From the NCBI GenBank assembly GCA_964588985.1, contig CAZPQW010000022.1:1-56103 (forward strand): 56,103 bases of DNA. The letters run 5' to 3'. Position 1 is the first letter of the stretch; each line of letters starts with the position of its first letter. Shown here one piece after another: positions 1-8,463 of the stretch. Source of the stretch: an uncultured Solirubrobacteraceae bacterium (lineage in GTDB: Bacteria > Actinomycetota > Thermoleophilia > Solirubrobacterales > Solirubrobacteraceae). Below the pieces are notes generated by a model. The model was not told the DNA's origin. It searched no databases and was given only the letters and a program-made list of their open reading frames with translations. The position numbers were made by a program, and so were the translations under genes.

Positions 1-341
1 TCGGCAAGCCGATCTCAGAGCACCAGGCGATCCAGTTCAAGCTGGCCGACATGGCGACGCAGGTCGACGCGGCGCGCCTGCTCACCCAGCGTGCAGCGCG
101 CCTGAAGGACGCGGGCGAGCGCTCCGAGCTGGAGGCGGGGATGGCGAAGCTGTTCGCCTCGGAGGCGGGGCGCTTCTGCGTGGAGGAGAGCTTCCGCATA
201 CACGGGGGTTATGGATACTCGAAGGAGTACGAGATCGAGCGCCTGTATCGCGACGCGCCGCTGCTGCTGATCGGCGAGGGCACTTCGGAGATTCAGCGTA
301 TGGTGATCGGGCGAAAGCTGCTGCAGCGTCATAAGATTTGA
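1..341 (+). CDS. Acyl-CoA dehydrogenase, C-terminal part (5' truncated by window); probable methylsuccinyl-CoA dehydrogenase
   Basis: Frame open from position 3: [17 protein letters not shown]...[10 protein letters not shown]...[33 protein letters not shown], a typical ACAD C-terminus. EMC-pathway context suggests the substrate. Confidence 0.9.
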   Translation, partial: GKPISEHQAIQFKLADMATQVDAARLLTQRAARLKDAGERSELEAGMAKLFASEAGRFCVEESFRIHGGYGYSKEYEIERLYRDAPLLLIGEGTSEIQRMVIGRKLLQRHKI

Positions 342-411
342 CGCTGAGGCGACCGGGTCCGAGACGACAGCCAGGGGCCGTGACGCGGCCCGAAGAGGGG
401 AGAAAAGCCAT

Positions 412-783
412 ATGGCCGAAGACGCCAAGGCCCTGATCGAACTTGCGACTCGCAGGTTCATCGGTGAAGTGCCGGCGCTCGAGCCGATCAAGCTCGTGGT
501 CGGAATCGAACTGCGAGGCAGGGGCGACGTCCAGCACTTCAGGCTGGAGATGCCCGGGATCAAGGTCACGAAGGGACCGGCGGCGGACGCGCGTGTGCGC
601 GTGGACATGCGGCGGGAGTTCTTCAACATCATGGCGCGCGAAGGCAAGGTGCCCGACTGGGTGGAGGCGTTCGCCTACGGCCAGGCGAAGGCGTCGGGCC
701 CGGAGCAGTTCATCAAGCTGATCGTGAGCGTCGTCGAGCGCCACCAGGAGCGCGAACGCACACCGAAGGCGCGCAAACACTGA
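412..783 (+). CDS. Hypothetical protein, SCP2 sterol-carrier-like
   Basis: 123 aa, purine-rich RBS region, high GC3. The ADARVRVD...F...GQAKASG pattern resembles SCP2-like domains. Confidence 0.6.
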   Translation: MAEDAKALIELATRRFIGEVPALEPIKLVVGIELRGRGDVQHFRLEMPGIKVTKGPAADARVRVDMRREFFNIMAREGKVPDWVEAFAYGQAKASGPEQFIKLIVSVVERHQERERTPKARKH

Positions 784-810
784 CGGGTATCCCCCGCGCC
801 TGTGGGCGCC

Positions 811-900
811 CTAGTGGTAGGACGTCAGCTGCTCGGCGAGGAACGCGAGCGAGCCGAGCAGGAAGAAGCACATGACGATGAGGGAGAAGTTTTCGTTCAT
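811..900 (-). CDS. 29-aa single-pass membrane peptide
   Basis: MNENFSLIVMCFFLLGSLAFLAEQLTSYH; 28 of 29 codons end in G/C; 18-residue hydrophobic core. Confidence 0.6.
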   Translation of the reverse strand: MNENFSLIVMCFFLLGSLAFLAEQLTSYH

Positions 901-947
901 CTGCTCGACATCACGATAGTCGACGCGACGGGCGGCGTGCAAGCGCT

Positions 948-1205
948 CTAGGCGAGGACGGCGCTGTCGTCGTACAGCTTGATGATCTTGACGGGTTGAT
1001 TCGGTCCCCACCCGCCCGCGGCGTCGAGACAGAGACGGCAGAGCACGCACTCGTCTAGGTTCTTCTCGACGATCTCGAGGGCGCCGCCGGCGGCCTGGGC
1101 GAAGATGTCGACCGGGCAGGCCTCGGTGAGCTTGCGCGCGAGGCCCGTGTCGGCCGCGGCCGCGTCGTCGACCTCCACGGCGATGAATATCCCATCGGCC
1201 CTCAT
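948..1205 (-). CDS. Ferredoxin-like protein (single 4Fe-4S site)
   Basis: 85 aa with ACPVDIF and ECVLCRLC (CxxCxxC); ATGA overlap with the upstream ligase alpha gene. Confidence 0.8.
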   Translation of the reverse strand: MRADGIFIAVEVDDAAAADTGLARKLTEACPVDIFAQAAGGALEIVEKNLDECVLCRLCLDAAGGWGPNQPVKIIKLYDDSAVLA

Positions 1206-2128
1206 GCCGCGCTCCTCTCGGCGATCTTGGCCTTGACGAGATCGGGAATCTCGTCGATCCGCTGCACCACGGGGATGCCGGCCGCCTCCAGGCGCGCGAT
1301 CTTCTCCGTCGCGCTGTCCTCCTTGCCCTCGACGATCGTGCCCGCGTGCCCGAATGACATGCCCTGCATCTCCTCGTCGTCCATGAACTTGCCGGCCATG
1401 AAGGCGACGATGGGCAGGCGCGAGTCGTTCTCCTTTACCCACTGCGCCAGCTGTGCCTCCATGCGGCCGCCGGGCTCGGTGTAGATCACGATCGCCTGGG
1501 TCTGCTCGTCGGCCTCGAAGTAGGGCATCAGCTCGGCGTAGGTGGAGCCGATGATCGCGTCGCCGCCGATCGACACCGCCGTGGAGACGCCGAGTCCCGC
1601 CGCGGTCAACGTGGAGGAGATCTCGGTGGTCATCCCGCCGGAGCGGCTCATCACGCCGACCGCGCCCGGTTGGTAGGCGACGGCGGCGTTGCGCGCCGGC
1701 CCGCCGATGCCGCCCATCTTGGCGACCCCGGGAACGATCAGGCCGAGGCAGTTGGGTCCGATGATCCGCGCGCCCTTGCGGTCGGCGAGCTCGACCATCA
1801 TCGCGACGTCGCGGCGGGGAATCCGCTCGGTGACGATGACGATCGTCTTGATGCCGGCGTGCAGCGCCTCGAAGACGGCGTCACGAGTGCCGGCGGGCGG
1901 GACGGTGACGACCGAGCCGTCCGGCACGACGCCGCCGTTGTGCTCGACAACCTGCTCGACGGTGTCGAACACGGGCACGCCGTGGACCTCGCGGCCCTTG
2001 CGCCCGGGGGTCACGCCGCCGACGATCTTCGAGCCGTAGTCCAGGCACTCGCGCGTGAGGTTGACGGCCTCGCGCCCGGTGATGCCCTGGATGATGAACG
2101 TGGTGTCCTGGTTGATGAGGATGCTCAT
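1202..2128 (-). CDS. SucD-family acyl-CoA synthetase (NDP-forming) alpha subunit
   Basis: MSILINQDT..IIQGITG, GGVTPG, IIGPNCLG, SRSGG, SIGGD and the catalytic His motif FGHAG; ATGA overlap with the beta gene. Confidence 0.9.
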   Translation of the reverse strand: MSILINQDTTFIIQGITGREAVNLTRECLDYGSKIVGGVTPGRKGREVHGVPVFDTVEQVVEHNGGVVPDGSVVTVPPAGTRDAVFEALHAGIKTIVIVTERIPRRDVAMMVELADRKGARIIGPNCLGLIVPGVAKMGGIGGPARNAAVAYQPGAVGVMSRSGGMTTEISSTLTAAGLGVSTAVSIGGDAIIGSTYAELMPYFEADEQTQAIVIYTEPGGRMEAQLAQWVKENDSRLPIVAFMAGKFMDDEEMQGMSFGHAGTIVEGKEDSATEKIARLEAAGIPVVQRIDEIPDLVKAKIAERSAA

Positions 2129-3339
2129 GCCGCTCCTTCGATCTTCGCGACCGCGCGACCGGCGGCTTCCCACAGAGACACGGAGCGGTCGCAGTACTCG
2201 ATCCCGTACTTGTCGAGGATCTTGAAGCCCTCCTCCTCCCAGGCGCCGGGGATGCGGAAGATCGCGACCGTCTCGCCGGGGTCCTTGCCGAGCTCCAGGC
2301 ACGCCTTGATCACGCCGCGCGCGACGATGTCGACGCGTGTGTTCGAGACGATCGACATCATCACGGCGATCTTCTCCACGCCGTCTTTCTGGAGGACCTC
2401 CTTCGTCAGGCCACACGCCTTGGCGACAGACGGATTGCCGCCGATCTCGGAGTAGTTGGCGGGCCTGCCGCCCTGCTGGCGAACGGCGTCGGTGAGCGTG
2501 AGCGAGCCGCCGCCCGCTCCGATGACGAGGCCGATGTTGCCGTTGAAGCCGGTGTCCTTGCCCTGGATGACGCCGCGATGATCGGCGGCGTCGATGGCCT
2601 TGACGGCCTCTTCGAACGCGGTCGGAGTGTGGTCCTCGCGGGTGCCCTCGTCCTTGCCGATTCCGAGCGCCTCGAGCAGGCCCTTCTGACGCGGCATGCC
2701 CTCGTTCTCCATCTCCATGTGCGCGTCGAGCGCGACGAACGAGCCGTCCTTGAGTTCCGCCAGTGGGTTGATCTCGGCGAGCGTCATGTCGTTGTCGAGG
2801 AACAGCTGGGCCAGCCGAGCGAGCACCGGGGTTGCGCGCTGCAGCGCCTTGCCGGTGACCCCGGCGGCGGCGATGACCTGCTTGGCCTGGAAGTCGGAGA
2901 AGGGCTCGAGTGTGGAGAAGTGTCCGCGGCCGACGTGGTCGGGGTGCTCCTCGGCGACCTGCTCGATGTCGATGCCGCCCATGTCGCTGAACAGCATCAG
3001 GGGCTTCTTGGCGGTGCCGTCCCAGACGACGCCGGCGTAGTACTCCTGGGCGACCTCCGCCTTGGGGTCGACGAGCACGCCGCGCGGTGAGTGGCCGTTG
3101 ATCTCCAGCCGCAGGATGTCCCTGGCGTGGCTCTCGGCTTCCTCGGGGGTGTCGGCGAACTTGACGCCGCCGGCCTTCATGCGCCCGCCGGTGAGCACCT
3201 GGCTCTTGATCACGGTGGGGCCGCCGATCCGCTGCGCGATCTCGCGCGCCTCGGCGGCGTCGGTGGTGAAGCCGTAGTCGGTGACCGGGATGCCGGCGCG
3301 CTTGACCACCTCACGCGCCTCGTACTCGAAGAATCTCAT
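2125..3339 (-). CDS. SucC-family acyl-CoA synthetase beta subunit (ATP-grasp), divergent
   Basis: MRFFEYEA, VIKSQVLTGGRMKAGGV, GGIDIE, LAEINPL. The C-terminal ligase domain has non-canonical GAGGGSL, ANYSEIGGNP and SNTRVD. Confidence 0.9.
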   Translation of the reverse strand: MRFFEYEAREVVKRAGIPVTDYGFTTDAAEAREIAQRIGGPTVIKSQVLTGGRMKAGGVKFADTPEEAESHARDILRLEINGHSPRGVLVDPKAEVAQEYYAGVVWDGTAKKPLMLFSDMGGIDIEQVAEEHPDHVGRGHFSTLEPFSDFQAKQVIAAAGVTGKALQRATPVLARLAQLFLDNDMTLAEINPLAELKDGSFVALDAHMEMENEGMPRQKGLLEALGIGKDEGTREDHTPTAFEEAVKAIDAADHRGVIQGKDTGFNGNIGLVIGAGGGSLTLTDAVRQQGGRPANYSEIGGNPSVAKACGLTKEVLQKDGVEKIAVMMSIVSNTRVDIVARGVIKACLELGKDPGETVAIFRIPGAWEEEGFKILDKYGIEYCDRSVSLWEAAGRAVAKIEGAA

Positions 3340-3352
3340 GCGGCGCGGAAGC

Positions 3353-4414
3353 CTATACGTCTGAGCCGAAGCCGTAGGCCTCGCGCAGCTCCGGGTCCTT
3401 CTTGGCGAGCATTTCGGCGAGGTTGACCATCACCTTGCACTGCTTCCAGGTGGCGTCGTCCTGCATCTTGCCGTCGATCATGTGCACGCCGCGCCCGTCG
3501 GGAATGGCCTCGATGACCTTTTTGGCGAACGCGACCTCGTCGGGGTCGGGGGAGTAGACCTTCTTGGCGATCGCGATCTGCGCTGGGTGCAGCGACCACG
3601 CGCCGACGCAGCCGAGCAGGAACGAGGCGCGGAACTGCGTCTCGCAGCCCTCGGTGTCGCGGATGTCTCCATATGGGCCGTAGAAGGGCAGCGCGCCGAC
3701 GGAGGTGCACGCATCGACCATGCGTGCGATCGAGTAGTGCCACGGGTCCTGCTGGTAGCTGGCGCGTGGCGCGTCGGGGTTCTCGGGGTCGGGGTCGGCG
3801 ATGGTGCGGTAGCCGGGGTGCCCGCCGCCGACGCGGGTGGTCTTCATGCGCCGCGAGGCGGCGAGGTCGGCGGGTCCGAAGCTCATGCCCTGGATGCGCG
3901 GGGAGGCGCAGGCGATCTCCTCGAGGTTGGCGACGCCCTGCGCGGTCTCGAGGATCGCGTGCAGGAGGATCGGGCGCTCGATGCCGGCCTTGGCCTCCAA
4001 CTGGGCAAGGAGGCGGTCGACGTAGTGGATGTCCCACGGGCCCTCGACCTTGGGGATCATGATGACGTCGAGCTTGTGCCCGATCTCGGCGACTAGTTCG
4101 CTCAGATCGTCGAGCACCCACGGCGAGGCGAGCTCGTTGACGCGGGTCCACAGCGCGGTGTCGCCGAGCTCCATCTCGCGGCCGACCTTGATCAGGCCGG
4201 CGCGCGCGGCGAGCTTGCGGTCGACGGGCACGGCGTCCTCGAGGTTGCCGAGCAGGATGTCGACGGTGGGTGCGATGTCGGGCACCTTGGCGACCATCTT
4301 CTCGTTGGAGAAGTCGAGGAAGTGGATCATCCTCGAGGGCTTGAAGGGGATCTCGCGGGCGGGCTCGGGGGCGCCGATGGCGAGGGGCTTGAGGAAGTCG
4401 CGGGGGTTGCGCAA
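3353..4414 (-). CDS. mcl: Malyl-CoA/beta-methylmalyl-CoA/citramalyl-CoA lyase (CitE family, Chloroflexus type)
   Basis: TTG start after AGGAG; [65 protein letters not shown] match Mcl as I recall it. Confidence 0.88.
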   Translation of the reverse strand: MRNPRDFLKPLAIGAPEPAREIPFKPSRMIHFLDFSNEKMVAKVPDIAPTVDILLGNLEDAVPVDRKLAARAGLIKVGREMELGDTALWTRVNELASPWVLDDLSELVAEIGHKLDVIMIPKVEGPWDIHYVDRLLAQLEAKAGIERPILLHAILETAQGVANLEEIACASPRIQGMSFGPADLAASRRMKTTRVGGGHPGYRTIADPDPENPDAPRASYQQDPWHYSIARMVDACTSVGALPFYGPYGDIRDTEGCETQFRASFLLGCVGAWSLHPAQIAIAKKVYSPDPDEVAFAKKVIEAIPDGRGVHMIDGKMQDDATWKQCKVMVNLAEMLAKKDPELREAYGFGSDV

Positions 4415-4474
4415 GGGCACTCCTGGGTCAGCTGAAAAACAGCGGGTTGGACGATCTGCTGCTAGGAAGTATCG

Positions 4475-5257
4475 ATGATGCGTTCGCGTTGGCGTTCTCT
4501 GGCGGGGCTCACGGTATGTGGAGCGCTGGCTCTCGGAGCCTCCGCCGCAGGCGCCGTCCACGAGGCTGGCTCCAAGAAAGCGGCGGCGCGCGCGAGTCGA
4601 GCGCGCCCCCTCACCCGTACCTGGAACCTGACGCTGTCGCCGGCCCCGAACGACATCGCGCTGGCGGAGATCAGCTTCCACCGAGCGCATCTGGGGGCGA
4701 GGATCTCGGGGCGCATGCTGCGGGTGTCGGTCAGCGGCCCCTTTGGTGCCGACTACATGGCGCTCGCGACCCCGATCGTGGGCACGCCCGGCGATCTGCG
4801 GGCGGTGGTGGTGGTCGTCAACCGGCCATCGCCGCTGATGGACCCGGCGAACGTGCACCTGCGGATCACGGCGCGACAGGGGCTCGGCACGCCGGTCGTG
4901 TGGAAGCTGGCGAACCCGTTCTCGCAGCCGCATCCGGGGCTGACTCCTGCGTTGTGCGACATGCCGATGCACGGCTCGGCGGTGAGCGGGTCTGAACTGC
5001 TCGCCCTCGGCTCCCGAGGCGCTCCGCCCGCAGGATTCGGCGTCGCGACGACGGTCGCGCAGGCGTATGACGTGGCGTGCGGGCTGCCCTACGAAGGCTC
5101 GTTCGCGCAGGCGGTGACGGGCTCGCCGGCGCCCCGTCCGCCCGTGTGCACGCCGTGCGATCCGCGGCCCGGGTTCGCGTGTCCGCTGGTGCAGCCGAAC
5201 GTCTGCGCGGTGCCGGTGGCGGTCGCCGCGAGACGGGCTTCGGCGAGCGCCCATTAG
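4475..5257 (+). CDS. Secreted hypothetical protein with Cys-rich tail
   Basis: Signal peptide ([25 protein letters not shown]); C-terminal [20 protein letters not shown]. Confidence 0.7.
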   Translation: MMRSRWRSLAGLTVCGALALGASAAGAVHEAGSKKAAARASRARPLTRTWNLTLSPAPNDIALAEISFHRAHLGARISGRMLRVSVSGPFGADYMALATPIVGTPGDLRAVVVVVNRPSPLMDPANVHLRITARQGLGTPVVWKLANPFSQPHPGLTPALCDMPMHGSAVSGSELLALGSRGAPPAGFGVATTVAQAYDVACGLPYEGSFAQAVTGSPAPRPPVCTPCDPRPGFACPLVQPNVCAVPVAVAARRASASAH

Positions 5258-5311
5258 AGTTTCCAGCCTCCTGCTCCATCCGACCACTGCCCTAGGAGAA
5301 CTGCAAGACCC

Positions 5312-5851
5312 ATGAGCGAGACCCATTCCGTAGAGACCGATCAGGCCGTTCGCGAGGCGAGCGGCGCGCACCCCTATGGCCGCTACCTGGAGGAGTTCGA
5401 GGTCGGCGCTGTCTACAAGCACTGGCCCGCGAAGACGGTGACCGAGTCCGACGACCACCTGTTCTGCCTGATCACGATGAACCACCACCCGTTGCACCTC
5501 AACGACGTGTACGCGGGCAAATCCCAGCAGGGGCGCAACGTGGTGGTGGGCCCGCTGGTCTACTCGCTGGCGCTGGGGATGTCGGTGAGCGACGTGAGCG
5601 GAAAGGCGATCGCGAACCTGGCGACCGAAGAGCTCAAGCACCCGGCGCCGGTGTTCCACGGCGACACGCTGTTCTGCGAGTCGGAGGTGCTGGAGAAGCG
5701 GGAGTCCCAGTCCAAGCCCGACCGCGGCACGGTGAAGGTGCACACGCGCGTGCTCAACCAGGACGGCGTGCTGGTGGCGGAGTTCAAGCGCCTGGTGCTC
5801 GTGCCGCGCAGGAACCCCGGCGGAGGCTCGGCGGAGGGAAACGTCGAGTAG
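5312..5851 (+). CDS. mch: MaoC-family dehydratase, probable mesaconyl-CoA hydratase
   Basis: AGGAG RBS; [37 protein letters not shown]...[15 protein letters not shown]...FHGDT resembles the single-domain MaoC of streptomycete EMC clusters. Confidence 0.8.
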   Translation: MSETHSVETDQAVREASGAHPYGRYLEEFEVGAVYKHWPAKTVTESDDHLFCLITMNHHPLHLNDVYAGKSQQGRNVVVGPLVYSLALGMSVSDVSGKAIANLATEELKHPAPVFHGDTLFCESEVLEKRESQSKPDRGTVKVHTRVLNQDGVLVAEFKRLVLVPRRNPGGGSAEGNVE

Positions 5852-5894
5852 CGCCGAGTTGTCGGGGCTATGGCCGTGCGATACGCTTTCGATC

Positions 5895-5920
5895 CGCCCA
5901 CGGATGGGCGTTTTCTGTTT
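5895..5920 (+). terminator. Intrinsic terminator-like hairpin between the MaoC gene and pck
   Basis: CGCCCA-CGGA-TGGGCG followed by TTTTCTGTTT. Confidence 0.6.
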
Positions 5921-6004
5921 CCCGGAGCCATACCCCGGCTCGGAAGCAGCGTCGCCGATCGTTGATCGCGTAGCACCGATCATGCCCGAGAACTGAGGAG
6001 CCGC

Positions 6005-7816
6005 TTGGACCCCATGAACACCACCGTTCCCGCACCCACCACGAACGAGCGCCTCCTCGCCTGGGTCGAGGAGACCGCTGCGCTGACCGAACCGGACCAG
6101 ATCTACTGGTGCGACGGCTCGGCGGAGGAGTACGACCGGCTCGCTCAGGAGCTCGTCGACGCGGGGACCTTCGAGCGGCTGTCGGACGCGAAGCGGCCGA
6201 ACTCCTACCTGGCGCTCTCAGATCCCGGGGACGTGGCGAGGGTGGAGGACCGCACGTTCATCTGCTCGGCCACCGAGCAGGAGGCGGGCCCGACGAACAA
6301 CTGGGCCGATCCGGCGGAGATGCGGGGCACGCTGACGGACCTGTTCTCCGGCTCGATGCGGGGACGCACGATGTACGTGGTGCCGTTCTCGATGGGGCCG
6401 CTCGGCTCGGACAAGAGCTACGTGGGCGTGCAGCTGACCGACTCGCAGTACGTGGTGGTGAACATGCGGATCATGACCCGCATGGGCCAGGGCGCCCTCG
6501 ATGCGCTCGGCGCGGGCGAGTTCGTCCCGTGTCTGCACTCGGTGGGCATGCCGCTCGAGGACGGCGTGGAGGACGTGCCGTGGCCGTGCAACGCGGATAA
6601 CAAGTACATCGTGCACTTCCCCGACACGCGCGAAATCTGGTCCTACGGCTCGGGCTACGGCGGCAACGCGCTGCTGGGCAAGAAGTGCTTCGCGCTGCGG
6701 ATCGCGTCGGTGATGGCGCGCGACGAGGGCTGGATGGCGGAGCACATGCTGATCCTCAAGCTGACCTCGCCGGAGGGCGACGTGAAGTTCATCACGGGCG
6801 CGTTCCCGAGCGCGTGCGGCAAGACGAACCTGGCGATGCTGATCCCGACGCTTGAGGGCTGGACGGTGGAGACGATCGGCGACGACATCGCGTGGATGAA
6901 GTTCCACGACGACGGGCGCCTTTACGCGATCAACCCCGAGGCGGGCTTCTTCGGCGTGGCGCCGGGCACCGGCGAGGAGACGAACGCGAACGCGATCCGC
7001 ACGATCGAGAGCAACTCGATCTTCACGAACTGCGCGAAGACCGACGACGGCGACATCTGGTGGGAGGGTCTGACGAAGGACATCCCCGAGCACCTGATCG
7101 ACTGGCACGGCAACGACTGGACCCCCGAGTCGGGAACACCGTCGGCGCACCCGAACGCGCGTTTCACGACCCCGGCGGCGCAGGATCCGGCGATCGCGCC
7201 CGAGTGGGAGGACCCGGCGGGCGTGCCGATCGACGCGATGCTGTTCGGCGGGCGCCGCTCGACGGTGGTGCCGCTGGTGACGGAGGCGCTGGACTGGGAG
7301 CACGGCGTGTTCCTCGGCTCGGTGATGAGCTCGGAGAAGACGGCGGCGGCGGCGGGCACGGTGGGCGAGCTGCGCTTCGACCCGTTCGCGATGCTGCCGT
7401 TCTGCGGCTACAACATGGCCGACTACTTCGCCCACTGGCTGGAGATGGGCCGTCGCGAGGGCGCGAAGCTGCCGAAGATCTTCTACGTGAACTGGTTCCG
7501 CAAGGACGAGGACGGCCGCTTCCTGTGGCCGGGCTACGGCGAGAACTCGCGCGTGCTGTCGTGGGTGTTCGCGCGCTGCGCGGGGCACGGCGAGGCGACG
7601 AAGACGCCGATCGGCTGGATGCCGCCGGTGGGCCCGGAGGGGATCGACACGCGCGGCGTGGACGTGACCGAAGAGGCGATGGCGCAGCTGCTGCGGGTCG
7701 ACGCCGAGGAGTGGAAGACCCAGCTGCCCCAGTTCCGCGAGTACCTCTCCAAATTCCCCAACCTGCCGACTGAGATCACCGCCCAGCTGGACGCGCTCGA
7801 AGAGCGACTGGGCTGA
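6005..7816 (+). CDS. pckG: Phosphoenolpyruvate carboxykinase (GTP)
   Basis: [75 protein letters not shown]. Start is TTG 6005 or ATG 6014. Confidence 0.97.
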   Translation: MDPMNTTVPAPTTNERLLAWVEETAALTEPDQIYWCDGSAEEYDRLAQELVDAGTFERLSDAKRPNSYLALSDPGDVARVEDRTFICSATEQEAGPTNNWADPAEMRGTLTDLFSGSMRGRTMYVVPFSMGPLGSDKSYVGVQLTDSQYVVVNMRIMTRMGQGALDALGAGEFVPCLHSVGMPLEDGVEDVPWPCNADNKYIVHFPDTREIWSYGSGYGGNALLGKKCFALRIASVMARDEGWMAEHMLILKLTSPEGDVKFITGAFPSACGKTNLAMLIPTLEGWTVETIGDDIAWMKFHDDGRLYAINPEAGFFGVAPGTGEETNANAIRTIESNSIFTNCAKTDDGDIWWEGLTKDIPEHLIDWHGNDWTPESGTPSAHPNARFTTPAAQDPAIAPEWEDPAGVPIDAMLFGGRRSTVVPLVTEALDWEHGVFLGSVMSSEKTAAAAGTVGELRFDPFAMLPFCGYNMADYFAHWLEMGRREGAKLPKIFYVNWFRKDEDGRFLWPGYGENSRVLSWVFARCAGHGEATKTPIGWMPPVGPEGIDTRGVDVTEEAMAQLLRVDAEEWKTQLPQFREYLSKFPNLPTEITAQLDALEERLG

Positions 7817-7820
7817 ACGC

Positions 7821-8390
7821 CTAGTCGTGGCTGTGGGACTCCCCCGCTGCGGCGGGGGGGCGTGACTCCTCGGCGAGCGAGGTGATGGTGAGCAGCCCGC
7901 GTGCGGAGGACTCGAGCACGTCGGTGGCCTCTTCGAGCGAGCGCGCGTAGAGCTCGACGAGCAGGTGCACGATGATGCGGGCGTCGTCTTCGTGCTTGTG
8001 GAAGCGCACGTGGGTGAAGAACTCGCGCACGCCGTGGTCGCCGAAGGCGGCGTAGGAGAGCGCGTCGCCGGCCTCGGGGCCTGAGCAGCTCTCGACATCC
8101 TTGGACTCGACGGTCACGGTGCACGAGGCAACCCAGGGGGTGCCGGCGATCATCCGTTCCCAGCGGTCCTCGATCGGCTCGACGCGCCCGTTGTTGAAGC
8201 CCAGGTGCGGCTGGTCGTGCATGCAGTCGAGGCACTGCACGACGGCCTCCTGCAGCTCGTCGACGACTTCGGCGCGCTCGCCGGTGTCGGGGTCGATCTT
8301 GTGGATGCCCTCGTAGTGGACCTGGACCTCCAGATCCTGCGACCAGCAGCGGTAGCAGCGCAGCCAGCTGCGAGCGCTCGTCTCGGCCAT
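7821..8390 (-). CDS. Hypothetical protein with N-terminal zinc ribbon
   Basis: CYRC...CLDC pairs; GGAGG RBS; TACAAT -10 at 8415-8410; high GC3. Confidence 0.8.
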   Translation of the reverse strand: MAETSARSWLRCYRCWSQDLEVQVHYEGIHKIDPDTGERAEVVDELQEAVVQCLDCMHDQPHLGFNNGRVEPIEDRWERMIAGTPWVASCTVTVESKDVESCSGPEAGDALSYAAFGDHGVREFFTHVRFHKHEDDARIIVHLLVELYARSLEEATDVLESSARGLLTITSLAEESRPPAAAGESHSHD

Positions 8391-8463
8391 CGATCCCTCC
8401 ATCGGGGACATTGTAGGCGCGCGGCGGCTGATGCCCGGTGGACAGCCGCCACGGCCGCTCAGA

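Noticed and set aside
1202-3339. Calling the ligase pair sucCD or mtkAB
   Set aside because: The substrate-site motifs deviate from both, so I left the gene symbols blank.
3353-5983. 876-aa minus-strand ORF suggesting a large Mcl fusion
   Set aside because: The upstream 523 codons are antisense to two real plus-strand genes. An RBS and TTG start at 4414 match the normal Mcl N-terminus.
7840-7860. G-run as a phase-variation tract
   Set aside because: It is in frame within Pro/Ala codons and forms one arm of a hairpin after pck; at most a terminator.
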